A stretch of 64,000 bases of DNA, taken from Eledone cirrhosa. Lineage: Eukaryota. The notes below the pieces were generated by a model that saw only the letters and a list, made by a program, of their open reading frames with translations, ran no database searches and was not told where the DNA came from. Position 1 is the stretch's first letter; each line of letters opens with the position of its first letter. The position numbers and the translations under genes were made by a program. Positions 11,292 to 25,271 of the stretch are shown here, one piece after another. The DNA lies in the NCBI GenBank assembly GCA_964016885.1, contig OZ024740.1, positions 23,436,001-23,500,000 on the forward strand, read 5' to 3'.

Positions 11292-11687
11292 ATTATAATG
11301 AAATGACAGGAGGCTGGACTTGTGTAAATCCTTGAAAGATTTATTACACTATGATCATTTCAATGACCGGGTTCCGTATGAATCCGGTGATATTATCAGG
11401 TATTCGAAATATAATAAGTGAATGTAATAGATAAAATCCATGGGGCTGAAAATCAAAGACCGGAGGACTTGAGGGCGACAGGCAGAGGTGGAAGATGCTG
11501 GATGGCGATCGTCCTCCGGTCTTTGATTTTCAGCCCCATGGATTTTATCTATTACATTCACTTATTATATTTCGAATACCTGATGATATCACCGGATTTA
11601 TACGGAACCCGGACATTGAAATGATCATAGTATAATAAACCTTTCAAGGATTTACATAAGTCCAGCCTCCTGTCATTTCATTATAAT
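11292..11687. mobile_element. Fold-back element with 177-bp arms, a 42-bp spacer and an HHR in each arm
   Basis: 11292-11468 is the reverse complement of 11511-11687. (TA)n lies upstream and again after a ~140-bp tail. Confidence 0.85.
11576..11633 (+). ncRNA. Type I hammerhead ribozyme
   Basis: atac-CTGATGA-tatcaccgg...ccggacatt-GAAA-tgatca-TA-gtat, then AATAAA. Stem III is the palindrome AUGAUCAU. The mirror copy at 11346-11403(-) has CTGATAA. Confidence 0.75.
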
Positions 11688-11827
11688 ATTTAACTCCGTA
11701 CTAGCACCACCAACTACAAAAACAAAGACGGTCGAACTGCTTTACGTTGAGTACTCTACATATTATTACATTAAGATTGACCATACGGAATTGACCAGCT
11801 CTATCCAGTGGTGAGCCTCAAACCTGA

Positions 11828-11907
<80 letters not shown>

Positions 11908-12079
11908 AAGGGTAAAACAGTGGATAAAGAGAAAGGGTGAAATTGGAAATAGCACGTCAAATATATTTTAGGGCCTGTTTTTTTTGTTTTTTTTCTTCTT
12001 TCTTTGATTCGTCAAAGTGACATTATTGAAAAGACGAGAGGGATAATTCTTTAAAAAAAAGTTTTATCATGTATATAAA

Positions 12080-12147
<68 letters not shown>

Positions 12148-12214
12148 CGGTTTCTGAATTTGTTTAGCAAGATTCTTTCTCTGAAAACGTGTGTTGAAAC
12201 CGATATTTTTATGC

Positions 12215-12708
12215 TTTGGGAGGGTCATGTTGCCAATAAGAAACACACGCACCAGTTGCGTTCACTTTAATTTATGAATGGAATTTATGAATGGAACAGC
12301 AACATCAGAACTTATAATTAAGGACAAAATAAAAACACACACACACATAGAACAAACAACCAACTAGTAACATGTAAATAAACAAATAAATAAATAAATC
12401 TAAACACACACAGACACACGGATGTAACACATGCGCAAACTATGCACACAACACACACAAAAACAAGATGGCGTAGGACAGAACAAAGGAGAGGCACAAA
12501 AACAAAGAAAATAATCCCCAGTCACTGAAGAGGTCACAGAATGTGTGATGAAAGAACTTTGACAATATATGAACAATCATCTGGTTGTGGAACCAACCAG
12601 ACAACCGGGAATTTATAAATTCCTAAATTTATAAATTTAATTTATAATAAATTGAATTGAAAGCATGTGGTGCGTGTGTTTCTTATTGGCAACATGACCC
12701 TCCCAAAG
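12215..12708 (+). mobile_element. Fold-back element (arms 12215-12278 / 12645-12708) with an internal HHR
   Basis: tttgggagggtcatgttgccaataagaaacacacgcacca and its reverse complement, flanked by (TA)n. Confidence 0.7.
12521..12563 (+). ncRNA. Type I hammerhead motif, slightly decayed
   Basis: gtca-CTGAAGA-g gtcaca gaatg tgtgat-GAAA-gaac-TT-tgac. Stem I is a perfect 4 bp. Confidence 0.65.
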
Positions 12709-12715
12709 TATAACA

Positions 12716-12816
<101 letters not shown>

Positions 12817-13010
12817 CGCGTGTGTGTGTGTGTGTGTCTTAGGAAGAAAATAGTCGACCATAAGCTCCTACTGATTCTGCTCAGGAAGTCACACAGACGA
12901 GCTTCTTCATGAATATATATATATATATATATACGAAGGAAATGTGGTAAGGAACCAGGTGGACCATAACGCACCAAAGTACTCAATACTTGAGGTAGTA
13001 GAGTGGGTAA

Positions 13011-13089
13011 TAGGAACCAGTAGGACCCCGACAGCTGAGCTCAAGCCGTTTCGACTTGAGCTCAGCTGTCGGGGTCCTACTGGTTCCTA
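13011..13089. repeat. Perfect 35-bp-arm palindrome, with a related hairpin at 13189-13270
   Basis: taggaaccagtaggaccccgacagctgagctcaag, a 9-nt loop, then the exact reverse complement. Confidence 0.9.
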
Positions 13090-13093
13090 TATA

Positions 13094-13127
<34 letters not shown>

Positions 13128-13496
13128 TATATATATATAGAAACACACACACAAATTTATATATATGTATATATATATATGAAAGAGTGGGGACGCCAAC
13201 GGCTGAGCTCTTCCCGTTCAACAGCTAATTCCAGCTGTTGAAATTGCAACAGCTCAGCCGTCGGACACCTGACTCTTTCAGATAACCATAATATACTACT
13301 CCAATCGAGTACTCTGGTGAGTAATAATCTAACCAGTTTCACCACTGCTACTGCCATGACTACACCTCTCTCAATATACAGAAGAGTTCATCTTCCCAGT
13401 CTCCTTCTCAATAAGGTAGATGAAAAAAACCTGGGTCAACACTTAATTTTAAATCTTTAATTTTTAGTTTTTAATTCTTTTTAAATGTAATACCCA

Positions 13497-13542
13497 ACAT
13501 TCGATAAGATGAATTTTATTAATGCCTCGAAACCGGTTATAT
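13497..13542 (+). ncRNA. Degenerate hammerhead motif
   Basis: acat-TCGATAA-ga...tc-GAAA-ccgg-TT-atat. Stem III is the palindrome ACCGGU but stems I and II are poor. Confidence 0.35.
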
Positions 13543-14159
13543 TTTATATACTTTATATACATGATATACATGATATACTTTATATACTTTATATACATTA
13601 TAAAACTCTTTTTTTTTAAATAATTGTCCCTCTCATTTTTTCCCAATAATGTCACTTGGACGAATCAAAGAAAGGAAAAAAAAGAAAAACACCCTTAAAT
13701 ATATTTTCCGTGCTATTGAATTGAATCATACATATTACTACAGGAAAAGCCTGCATATAATTTGCGGTATAACGTCTATATATATTATCTACTATATACA
13801 AGAAAGTATAATACTTAGTATACCAAGTATAGACTATATATGTATGCATACATTTCTCTAATACCCCGTCCATTATCACACACCTATCACACAAAGGTAA
13901 AGGCACATATCAGTCTAGTACTGGGGTAGATTCTACCCCTATAATTCTTTCTCGTTTCCTATCTCTCTATCTATCCTTCTCTGAAAGAAATCTTGGGTTC
14001 AGACATGGAGAGGGATGGGCATAAAATGGCCAAGAGACGCTGTACCTCAGTCCAACGCCCCTACGGTTCCATCATGAGCTACAAGACTGAAAAGAGAAAC
14101 AGAAGAAAGATATACGATATAAGATATCGTATATAGTTTACAAAGTATATGTCGTACAG

Positions 14160-17100
14160 TCTCTGTTATGTAGTATAACTAATACCTGTTATGTAGTATA
14201 CTATCTGTTATGTAGTATAACTAATATATGTTATGTAATATAACTAATATCCGTTATGTTATATAGCTAATATCTGTTATGTAGTATAATATCTGTTATG
14301 TAGTATAATATCTGTTATGTAGTATAACTAATATATGTTATGTAGTATAATATCTGTTATGTAGCATAACTAATATATGTTATGTAGTATAACTATTATA
14401 TGTTATGTAATATAACTCTTATCTGTTATGTAGTATAACTAATATCTGTTATGTAGTATAACTAATATCTGTTATGTAGTATAACTATTATATGTTATGT
14501 AGTGTAACTATTATCTTTTATGTAGTATAACTAGTATCTGTTATGTAGTGTAACTAATATCTGTTATGTAGTAAAATATCTGTTATGTAGTAAAATATCT
14601 GCTATGTAGTATAACTAATATCTGTTATGTAGTATAATATCTGTTATGTAGTATAACTAATATATGTTATGTATTATATCTATCATCGGTTATGTAGTAT
14701 GATTATTATCTGTTATGTAGTACAACTATTATATGTTATGTAGTATAACTATTATCTTTTATGTAGTATAATTTGTATCTGTTATGTAGTATAACTAATA
14801 TATGTTATGCAGTTTAACTATTATCTGTTGGTAGTATAACTAATATCTGTTATGTAGTAAAATATATGTTATGTTATATGACTAATATCTGTTATGTAGT
14901 ATAACTAATATATGTTATGTAATATAACTAATATCCGTTATGTTGTATAGCTAATATCTGTTATGTAGTATAATATCTGTTATGTAGTATAACTAATATA
15001 TGTTATGTAGTATAATATCTGTTATGTAGCATAACTAATATATGTTATGTAGTATAACTCTTATCTGTTATGTAGTATAACTAATATCTGTTATGTAGTA
15101 TAACTAATATCTGTTATGTAGTATAACTATTATATTTTATGTAGTATAACTATTATCTTTTATGTAGTATAACTAGTATCTGTTATGTAGTGTAACTAAT
15201 ATCTGTTATGTAGTAAAATATCTGTTATGTAGTAAAATATTTGCTATGTAGTATAACAAATATCTGTTATGTAGTATAACTAATATATGTTATGTAATAT
15301 AACTAATATCTGTTATGCAGTATAACTAATATCTGTTATGTAGTATAACTATTATCTGTTATGTAGTATAATATCTGTTATTTAGTATAATATCTGTTAT
15401 TTAGTATTACTAATATATGTTATCTAGTATAACTAATATCTGTTATGTAGTATAATATCTGTTATGTAGTATAACTAATATATGTTATGTATTATATCTA
15501 TTATCGGTTATGTAGTATGATTATTATCTGTTATGTAGTATAACTATTATATGTTATGTAGTATAACTATTATATGTTATGTAGTATAACTATTATCTGT
15601 TATGTAGTATAACTAATATCTGTTATGTAGTATAATATCAGTTATGTAGTATAACTAGTATCTGTTATGTTGTATAACTAATATCTGTTATGTAGTATAA
15701 TATCTGTTATGTAGTATAACTAATATCTGTTATGTAGTATTCTATCTGTTATGTAGCATAACTAATGTATGTTATGTAATATAACTAATATCTGTTATGT
15801 AGTATAACTAATATCTAGTATGTAGTATAACAAATATCTGTTATGTAGTATAACTATTATCTGTTATGTAGTATAACTATTATCTGTTATGTAGTATAAA
15901 TATTATCTGTTATGTAGTATAACATCTGTTATGTAGTATAATATCTGTTATGTAGTATAACTAATATCTGTTATTAAGTATAACTAATATCTGTTATGTA
16001 GTATAATATCTGTTATTTAGTATAATATCTGTTATGTAGTATAAATAATATATGTTATGTAGTATAACTAATATCTGTTATGTAGTATAATATCTGTTAT
16101 GTAGCATAACTAATATCTGTTATGTATTATAACTATTATTTGCTATGTAGTTTAATTATTATCTGTTATGTAGTATAACTATTAGCTGTTATGTAGTATA
16201 ATTAATATCTGTTTATGTAGTATAACTATTATATGTTATGTAGTATAACTATTATATGTTATGTAGTATAACTAATATATGTAATGTAGTATAATATATG
16301 TTATGTTGTATAACTAGTATCTGTTATGTTGTATAACTAATATCTGTTATGTAGCATAACTATTCTCTGCTATGTAGTATAACTAATATAAGTTATGTAG
16401 TATAACTAATATATGTTATATAGTATAACTATTATCTGTTATGTAGTATAACTATTTTCTGTTATGTAGTATAACTATTATCTGTTATGAAGTATAACTA
16501 ATATCTGTTTTTCATTCTAATTATTATCTGTTATGTTGTATAACTAATATCTCTTATGTAGTCAAATATCTGTTATGTTCTATGACTAATATCTGTTATG
16601 TAGTATAACTAATATAAGTATATAACTAATATCCGTTATGTTGTATAACTAATATCTGTTATGTAGTATAATATCTGTTATGTAGTATAACTAATATCTG
16701 TTATGTAGTATAATATCTGTAATGTTGCATAACTAATATCTGTTATGTAGTATAACTATTAAATGTTATTTAGTATAACTCTTATCTGTTATGTAGTTTA
16801 ACGAATATCTGTTATGTAGTATAACTAATATCTGTTATGTATTATAATTATTATATGTCATGTAGTATAACTATTATCTTTTATGTAGTATAACTATTAT
16901 CTGTTATGTAGTTTAACTAATATCTGTTATGTAGTATAACTAATATATGTTATGTATTATAATTATTATATGTTATGTAGTATAACTATTATCTTTTATA
17001 TAGTATAACAAGTATATGTTATGTAGTGTAACTAATATCTGTTATGTAGTAAAATATCTGTTATGTTATATAACTATAATCTGTTATGTAGAACAACTAA

Positions 17101-19931
17101 TATATGTTATGTAATGTAACTAATATCTGTTATGTAGTATAACTAATATCTGTTATGTAGTATAAACAATATATTTTATGTAATATAACTAATATCTGTT
17201 ATGCAGTATAAGTAATATCTGGTATGTAGTATAGCTAATATCTATTATGTAGTATAACTATTATCTGTTATGTAGTATAACTAATATCTGTTATGTAGTA
17301 TAATATTTGTTATCTAGTATAATATCTGTTATATAGTATATCTAATATCTATTATGTAGTATAACTAATATCTGTTATGTAGTATAATATCTGTTATGTA
17401 GTCTAACTAATCTATGTATTATAACTATTATATGTTATTTAGTATACTTATTATCTTTTCTGTAGTATAACTATTATATGTTAGGTAGTATAACTATTAT
17501 ATGCTATGTAGTATAACTATTATCTGTTATGTAGTATAACTAATATCTGTTATGTAGTATAACTAGTATCTGTTATGTTGTATAACTAATATCTGTTATG
17601 TAGTATAATATCTGTTATGTAGTATAACTAATATCTCTTGTGTAGTATAATATCAGTTATGTAGTATAACTAATATCTCTTATGTATTATAACTATTATC
17701 TGTTATGTATTATAACTATTATCGGTTATGTAGTATAAGAAATATATGTTATGTAGTATAACTAATATATGTTATGTAGTATAACTATTATATATTATGT
17801 AGTATAACTATTATCTTTTATGTAGTATAAATAGCATCTGCTATGTAGTATAACTAATATCTGTTATACAGTTTAACTATTATCTGTTATGTAGTATATC
17901 TAATATCTGATATGTAGTAAAATATCTGCTATGTCATATGACTAATATCTGTTATGTAGTATAACTAATATATGTTATGTAATATAACTAATATCCGTTA
18001 TGTAGTATAACTAATATCTGTTATGTAGCATAACTAATATATGTTATGTAATATAACTAATATCTGTTATGTAGTATAACTAATATCTGATATGTAGTAT
18101 ACCAAATATCTGTTATTTAGTATAACTATTATCTGTTACGCAGTATAACTATTCTCTATTATGTAGTATAATATCTGTTATGTAGTATAATTAATATATG
18201 TTATGTAGTATAACTAATATATGTTATGTAGTATAATATCTGATGTATTATAACTATTATATGTTATGTAGTATAATTATTATCTGTTATGTAGTATAAC
18301 TATTATCTGTTATGTCGTATAACTAATATCTGTTAAGTAGTATAACTAGTATCTTTTTATGTAGTTTAACTATTATCTGTTATATAGTGTAACTATTATA
18401 TGTTATGTAGTATAACTATTATCTGTTATGTAGTATAACTTAAATCCGTTATGTTGTATAACTAATATCTGTTATGTAGTATAATATCTGTTATGTAGTA
18501 AAACTAATATCTGTTATGTAGTATAACTAGTATCTGTTATGTTGTATAACTAATATCTGTTATGTAGTATAATATCTGTTATGTAGTATAACTAATATAT
18601 GTTATGTAGTATAACTAATATCTGTTATGTAGTATAACAAAAATATGTTATGTTGTATAACTATTATCTGTTATGCAGTATAACTATTATCTGTTATGTA
18701 GTATAACTATTATTTGTTACGTAGTATACTATCTGTTATGTAGTATACTTAATATCTGTTATGTAGTATAACTAATATCTGTTATGTAGTATAACTATTA
18801 TCTGTTATGTAGTATAATTAATATATGTTATGTAGTATAACTAATATCTGTTATGTAGTATAACTATTATCTGTTATGTAGTATAACTATTATCTGTTAC
18901 GTAGTATATTTATTATGTAGTATAACTAATATCTGTCATGTAATGTAACTAAATGTCGGTTATGTAGTATAATATCTGTTATGTAGTATAATATCTGTTA
19001 TGTAGTATAACAAATATCTGTTGTGTAGTATAATATCTGTTATGTAGTATAACAAATATCTGTTATGTAGTATAATATCTGTTATGTAGTATAACTATTA
19101 TCTGTTATGTAGTATAACTATTATCTGTTATGTACTATAACTAATATCTGTTATGTAGTATAACTAATATCTGTTATGTAGTATACCTATTATCTGTTAT
19201 GTAGTATAACTAATATCTGTTATGTAGTATAACTAGTATATGTTATGTAGTATAACTAATATCTGTTATGTAGTATAACTATTATCTGTTATGTAGTATA
19301 ACTAATATTTTTATGTAGTATAACTATTATCTGTTATGTAGTAAAACTAATATCTGTTATGCCGTATAACTATTATCTGTAATGTAGTATAACTAATATC
19401 TGTTATGTAGTAAAATATCTGGTATGTAGTAAATATCTGTTATGTTATATAACTAATATCTGTTATGTAGTATAACGAATATATGTTATGTAATATGACT
19501 AATATCTGTTATGTAGTATAACTAATATCTGCTATGTAGCATAACTAATATCTGTTATGTAGTATAACTATTATCTGTTATGTAGTATAACTATTATCTG
19601 TTATGTAGTATAACTATTTTCTGTTATGTAGTATAACTATTATCTATTATGTACTATGATATCTGTTTTGTAGTATAACTATTATCTCTTATGTAGTATA
19701 AATATTATCTGTTATATAGTATAAGTAATATATGTTATGTAGTATAATTATTATCTGTTATGTAGTATAACTAATATCTGTTATGCAGTATAACTAATAT
19801 ATGCTATGTAGTATAACTAATATCTGTTATGTAGTATAACTATTATCTGTTATTTAGTATAATTAATATATGTTATGTAGTATAACTAATATCTGCTATG
19901 TAGTATAACTAATATATGTTATGTAGTATAG
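14160..19931. repeat. AT-rich minisatellite, 23-bp unit TATCTGTTATGTAGTATAACTAA with a 19-bp deletion variant
   Basis: Continuous tandem array of ~5.8 kb with many point variants. Confidence 0.97.
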
Positions 19932-20285
19932 TTAATATAGTTTAATTTGAGACTGTTTGTGTCCTCATATTTCCATTGCTTGTCTCTATATATACCCCTG
20001 GTTTCTGTTCCACAGATTATATAGACTGTATCACACTAGTTTTATTTGCCTTCCCCGGGAATGGATCAGGTGTTTACATATTTCTATGAACAACAAACTG
20101 CTAGAAGACGTTTGTAATTAAACAGGAATTTATTTCAACATTTACCTGTATTTTAAAGTTTCTCACGAACGTGTTTGACTTCATGGACTAGAGTTTAGAC
20201 AGTCCAGTTCCATATATATGGTAACCCTCATATTTGTAAGGTTTCCTGTATTGCTGTGTACAAGGCCTTGTAGCTGATAAAGGAA

Positions 20286-20367
20286 TCTTCTTCTTCTTCT
20301 TCTTCTTCTTCTTCTTCTTCTTCTTCTTCTTCTTCTTCTTCTTCTTCTTCTTCTTCTTCTTCTTCTT

Positions 20368-20397
<30 letters not shown>
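20286..20397. repeat. (TTC)n microsatellite
   Basis: Direct reading of the sequence. Confidence 0.97.
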
Positions 20398-20400
<3 letters not shown>

Positions 20401-21494
20401 ATTATCATTATCACGCTGTACGTAGATATAGGAAGATAGTAAAGGTAGATAGACAAGCAGGTATTAGCGTGTAATGAAGAACAATGTGAGATAAATGAAT
20501 TAACTTGGGAGATATGGATTAGTTGAAGCCATTTGCAAAGACTTTATCTAACAAGTTACACACACACAAACATCTACGTGAAAATAGGCGTTGTGGTTTA
20601 AGTGAATAATATGTTGTTGATGTCGTTTTTGTAGTTGTTGCTGGTGGTGGTGGAATTTAGGATTATATATACATTGCAATGTTCTTATAATGGAGCGAAT
20701 GGAAATAATGGGAAATAACAGAATGGAATTATCAGACAAGGAAAGTAATAAAAGGGGGAAGAATGATGGCTATAAATATGTAGAGGTTTTATAGACGGAT
20801 CAGATCAAGGAATCTAGCACGATGTAAACTATTTAGAAGTGAATATATAAGAAGATTCAGACTAACGCAGAAATCTAAGCTGGAGGAACGGTGAAATAAA
20901 ATGGAATCTAGCCATAAACATAAGGACACCATATTTCTACTTCTCGGATAGTCAAAACTGAAATAAAGACAAATATGTTAGATTAGATAGACAGAAATAT
21001 TTCAAATCTATTCCTACTCAACGAATGCCAGTAAACTACAGTAGAAATGAAGAAATCAATTTTGGCTCTCTTTATAGATTGAATCAATAAATTTTATTGT
21101 ATTTCAGCTCTTAATTCTGATGTCTCGTAGTCTTTTCGTCTCTTAGACTAAATTTATGTATAATTAAAATAAATAGATTAATAAGAGCGATTCAATGATT
21201 GAGTATTAGGTTTTTTGTCGTGCAAGGGAGAAAAAAGAGCGAAAATTTGGACAAATATATATTTTCGTCTTTCATTTCCTACTTGTTAATTAACTCGGAA
21301 CGCCATGTGTATACACAACCAAATTTAGATGTTCCTTTAATTTATTCTAACCCGGTATAAACAGACAAAATATGTTTCAGCATTCTTATTGGGAAGAGAA
21401 GCACTGTGTAGAACCACATCTGGTAAAGTATACCTGTAATTCAAACGTCACATAACTTCCCTACTATGATTCTACACAGTTCTTATCTCCCCAA

Positions 21495-21620
21495 TTTAAC
21501 TCACAAGCTTTGAGGTCTATCTGAAGCTATGATAAAATGCACCTGTCCAAGCTGTCACGCAATAGATTTGAACCCTGAATCTCATGATTGTGAACTGAAC
21601 TTTTTATCCACTACGCCATA
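21495..21620 (-). mobile_element. tRNA-derived SINE of a second family (degenerate)
   Basis: Minus strand reads tggcgtagtggataa (A box) ... ggttcaaatc (B box) ... cttggacagg. Confidence 0.65.
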
Positions 21621-22171
21621 TCAGCTTCTGCTTGGAATAGAGTTTCACGCGAGATCTCTGACTTTCATATTTTCCTCTCGTTGACAGTGAGATTTATACG
21701 TGTTTTTTAAAGGGCTCATCAAACCACCTAGCTTTATACAGTTACTACATATTAGAAATATTTCCTCGCTCTAAACAGCTCTGGATGTGTTTTATAAAGA
21801 TCGTTTTAGAAACTTCATGCTTTGGGTTCAATGCTATGGCGCGTTTCAAGCCTTTTGATTAAAATTTGGTTGTCAGACATCGCATGAAAGCGCATCAGAG
21901 GGACTGTTCCTATACTGTAACCCAGTTTCTGACCGCCACCTCGTCCATATGTGTTACTAGCGTAGTCCCGTCTGTTGGAAGCGCTTCCAATAGGTCTTCG
22001 TTTTACGGATAATTGCCTCTCTTCTTCTTACCCGAGAAGGAGGCCATGAAAAACGACACGGATACTACCGTTCCCTCTCTAACTAAACTCTTAAACAGTT
22101 TCTTTGCTAAATATTTATTACAGAAGATTAAGAATGAATGTTAAAAATATTCTCTACTACAGCATATATAT

Positions 22172-22300
<129 letters not shown>

Positions 22301-22329
22301 ATATATAATAGGGTTATAGTATCGTAAGA

Positions 22330-22852
22330 GTGGATAGAAAGGAGAGATATAAAGAGGTGCGATACAAAATATTACATGCCAAAAGCAGATGCTGTAACCC
22401 TAACAACTGTCCACTCCAAGGCTACTGCTTGACTAGAAGCGTAATCTATAGATGCATAGTTACAAGTTTTAATAGTGTTAGGTCATACATAGGAGCTACT
22501 TCTGTGGAGTTCAAGACTAGATTTCGAGCGCATCTCCATCTTTTAGGAATAGGAAACTTAGATACTCTACATACTTCGCTAATTATATTGCCCAATTAAC
22601 TGACTCCAACATTAGCTACACCACAGAATGGGAAATTGTGAACCAATCAACACCTTATAATTTCAAAAAAGCTGCCAGCTCTGCCTAATGGAACTGTATT
22701 ATATAGTGCAAGCAACCCAGGAACTCATAAATAGTCGGGCCGAAACAGTCATCAATTGCGGCCACCGACTGCAACAATCATTCTACAGATGGACCCCAGC
22801 ACCGAATAACCACAATAATACGCGAGGCTCTCAACACCGCACCCTGGCCTGA
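22330..22852 (+). pseudogene. Frameshifted GIY-YIG endonuclease of a 5'-truncated Penelope-like element (Hydra-clade-like)
   Basis: SRCCNPNNCPLQGYCLTRSVIYRCIV..SYIGATSVEFKTRFRAH, frameshift at ~22537, SFRNRKLRYSTYFANYIAQL..WEIV..PY, frameshift at ~22668, CQLCLMELYYI..LINSRAETVINCGH, stop at 22850-22852. Contains VIY..YIG, the catalytic R/E/N positions and CxxC-x24-CxH. Confidence 0.88.
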
Positions 22853-23449
22853 TCTGCCGGCGGTCGGTTTACCATTATACTGCGTGGAATAACACCATCA
22901 TCTACCCACTGTTGTCCCACCAGGAATCTGCACAGCACCTATTCAGTCGGGCCCACCCCGCTATATTCTTTCTCTTGGCCGGGCCAGGTTTAAGTAATCA
23001 TATGAACTTGCTGCCTGAACCCGAGTAACTTCTTAGCTGAATTGATCATATGAACATACAACTTCGATCCAAATTCTCATTATTTTTCTAGGCCTTCCAA
23101 TTCTCACCCCAACGTGCCCCCATACATTAGGTATACCTGTTTGCAGTATTTAACGACATTACCAACAATCTATCATATTCACACCTAAACACGGCATCAT
23201 TTATACTGAGTTGACCGACCCCGCATATGTTAATTCCTTTTAAGTAAAAAATGTTTTTTTCCCATAGCTGGTATTGGTCATAAGTAACGCAGTAAACTTT
23301 CTACTGGCACCGGTAATTATCTCCCTTAGCGAATTATACCCCTTTCACCAGTATTTATACCCATAACATCTAAAATCATAATGCATAGCGATGTGATATT
23401 ATTATACCCTCTCAGAGTTTGTAATTAAGGACTTGCTATATGAATATCT

Positions 23450-23489
23450 GCCTCCGACGAGCCCCCCTGGGCGAAACAAGTGTAAAAGC
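23450..23489 (+). ncRNA. Hammerhead motif in the PLE 3' pseudo-LTR (stem I decayed)
   Basis: CCGACGA-gccc ccct gggc-GAAA-caagtg-TA. Stems II and III are intact and stem I is mismatched. Confidence 0.6.
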
Positions 23490-23543
23490 TATGTAAAGAT
23501 ATGTTTTAACGGCTTGTAACTCTTTCATTCACTCATTCCTTTG

Positions 23544-23676
<133 letters not shown>

Positions 23677-24190
23677 AGAGAGATTTGTGTATTGATAGTC
23701 TGTAGTACTGGGACCCGGAAGACAACAAATCAAAGGAGTACTCGACACATAGTAAGATGCAATTGGGAAGTCGAGGATCTTCCGTGACTCGGCGATTTTG
23801 GCGAGTTACCTTATCTCAACGAAGTAACTAGCCGAAACGACCGAGCTCGCGGTAGATCCTCTACATCCACTAGTATAGTTTTGTATATATAAATGCAATT
23901 TATTTACACATGTGTCTTATATATAGTATTGGAATAAAAACTGTTAATATAACAGCAATTCATTAAAATATATTAGTAATATTTAGCAAAGTTGTTGATT
24001 AACTATGATCGAAATGTATTGTCTAATTCTAGTGGTGGAAACATCTAGAGATGGACCCACGCAGAACCTCCATACTTAATCCAATCGGGATGTAGCTGGC
24101 CAAGAATAACTATCGATTCCACGAAATGGATTGACTTAACATTGTATTTCCATCGCCATCATTCGATTAATCTCCCTCGAATTATTGTTC

Positions 24191-24423
24191 GCCGGTGGAT
24201 TGGCAGTATCGGTAGAGGGTCGGACGCCATGCTTTGCAGCATAGAGTTACGCCCATTTACGATCTGATTTCAAATCCCGCCAAGGTTAACATTGCCTTTC
24301 ATCCAAACAGGGTCGATAAAATAAAGTACCAGTAATACACTGGGATAATTGCTGACCTTGTGCCAAAAGTAGAAACAATTGTTGTTCGCCGGGATTAGCA
24401 GTATCTGTGGAGGGTCGGACACC
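24191..24423 (+). mobile_element. tRNA-derived SINE plus a second partial head
   Basis: Same family as 7526-8292. Confidence 0.8.
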
Positions 24424-24471
24424 GGGACCATAAGCTGTTTACAAAACACCTTTGTTTAGTGTATTCAGGAA

Positions 24472-24647
24472 ATAATTGTTTCTACTTTTGGCACCAGGCC
24501 AGCAATTACGCAGTACATTACTGGTACTTTATTTTATCGATCCCGTAAGGATGAAAGGCAAAGTTGACCTCGGCGGGATTTGAACTCAGAATGGAAAGGG
24601 CCATAATTCTATGCGTCAAAGCATGACGTCCGACCCTCTACCGATAT
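24472..24647 (-). mobile_element. tRNA-derived SINE, inverted copy
   Basis: Reverse complement of the same family (ctggtactttattttatcga..ggatttgaactcag). Confidence 0.8.
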
Positions 24648-25271
24648 CGTCAACAAAAATATAAGCAGGACTAGGGCAAAGATTAAACGAGAAAATCTGT
24701 TCCAAATTTCATGATTTTGATGCAATAATATCTAAAATCTAGACGTGGTTTTGTTTCTTGCTAATTTGTAGTTAGTTAATTTCTTCTTCAGAGAAATTCA
24801 TATTTTATCAAAGAGTAAGTTTGGAGTAGGAACACAGAATAGCAAGAGTTACAAGAAAGAAAGGAAGAAGAAAAACAAAGAAAAGACGCGACGGAAGGAA
24901 ATAATGAAAGAGACAAATATGGCGAAATAGAAGAAATATATGAGTGAAACGATGATTGGATAATAGAAGGAGGAAGAAAGGCAGACAAAAGGAGAATTAG
25001 AAAGAAAGAGCGGAAGCAATAAGGAAGGAATAAAAGAAATAAAAAGTAATAAATGAACGAACAATAAAATGAATTGAAAGAACAAAGAAAGGAAAAAATA
25101 TGAGTGGGTGAAATCATAAAGATGGAATCACGTGTGCAGATATCCATATCCGCCATGTTTGAACTTTTTTCAACAACATTTTTATTTAAACGATCAAATT
25201 GTGAAAATGTTTTGATCGGTGAAATGTCATTGGATTTTATTGTTTTTGATGATATTGTTATAGATGTTGTG

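Noticed and set aside
11355-11624. Mirror ORFs MNVIDKIHG... on both strands
   Set aside because: An artefact of the palindrome.
20181-20456. Poly-Arg ORF and the many YI/HT/SL-repeat ORFs elsewhere
   Set aside because: These are translations of microsatellites.
24788-25156. Hydrophobic 122-aa ORF
   Set aside because: It is the reverse complement of purine-rich low-complexity sequence.
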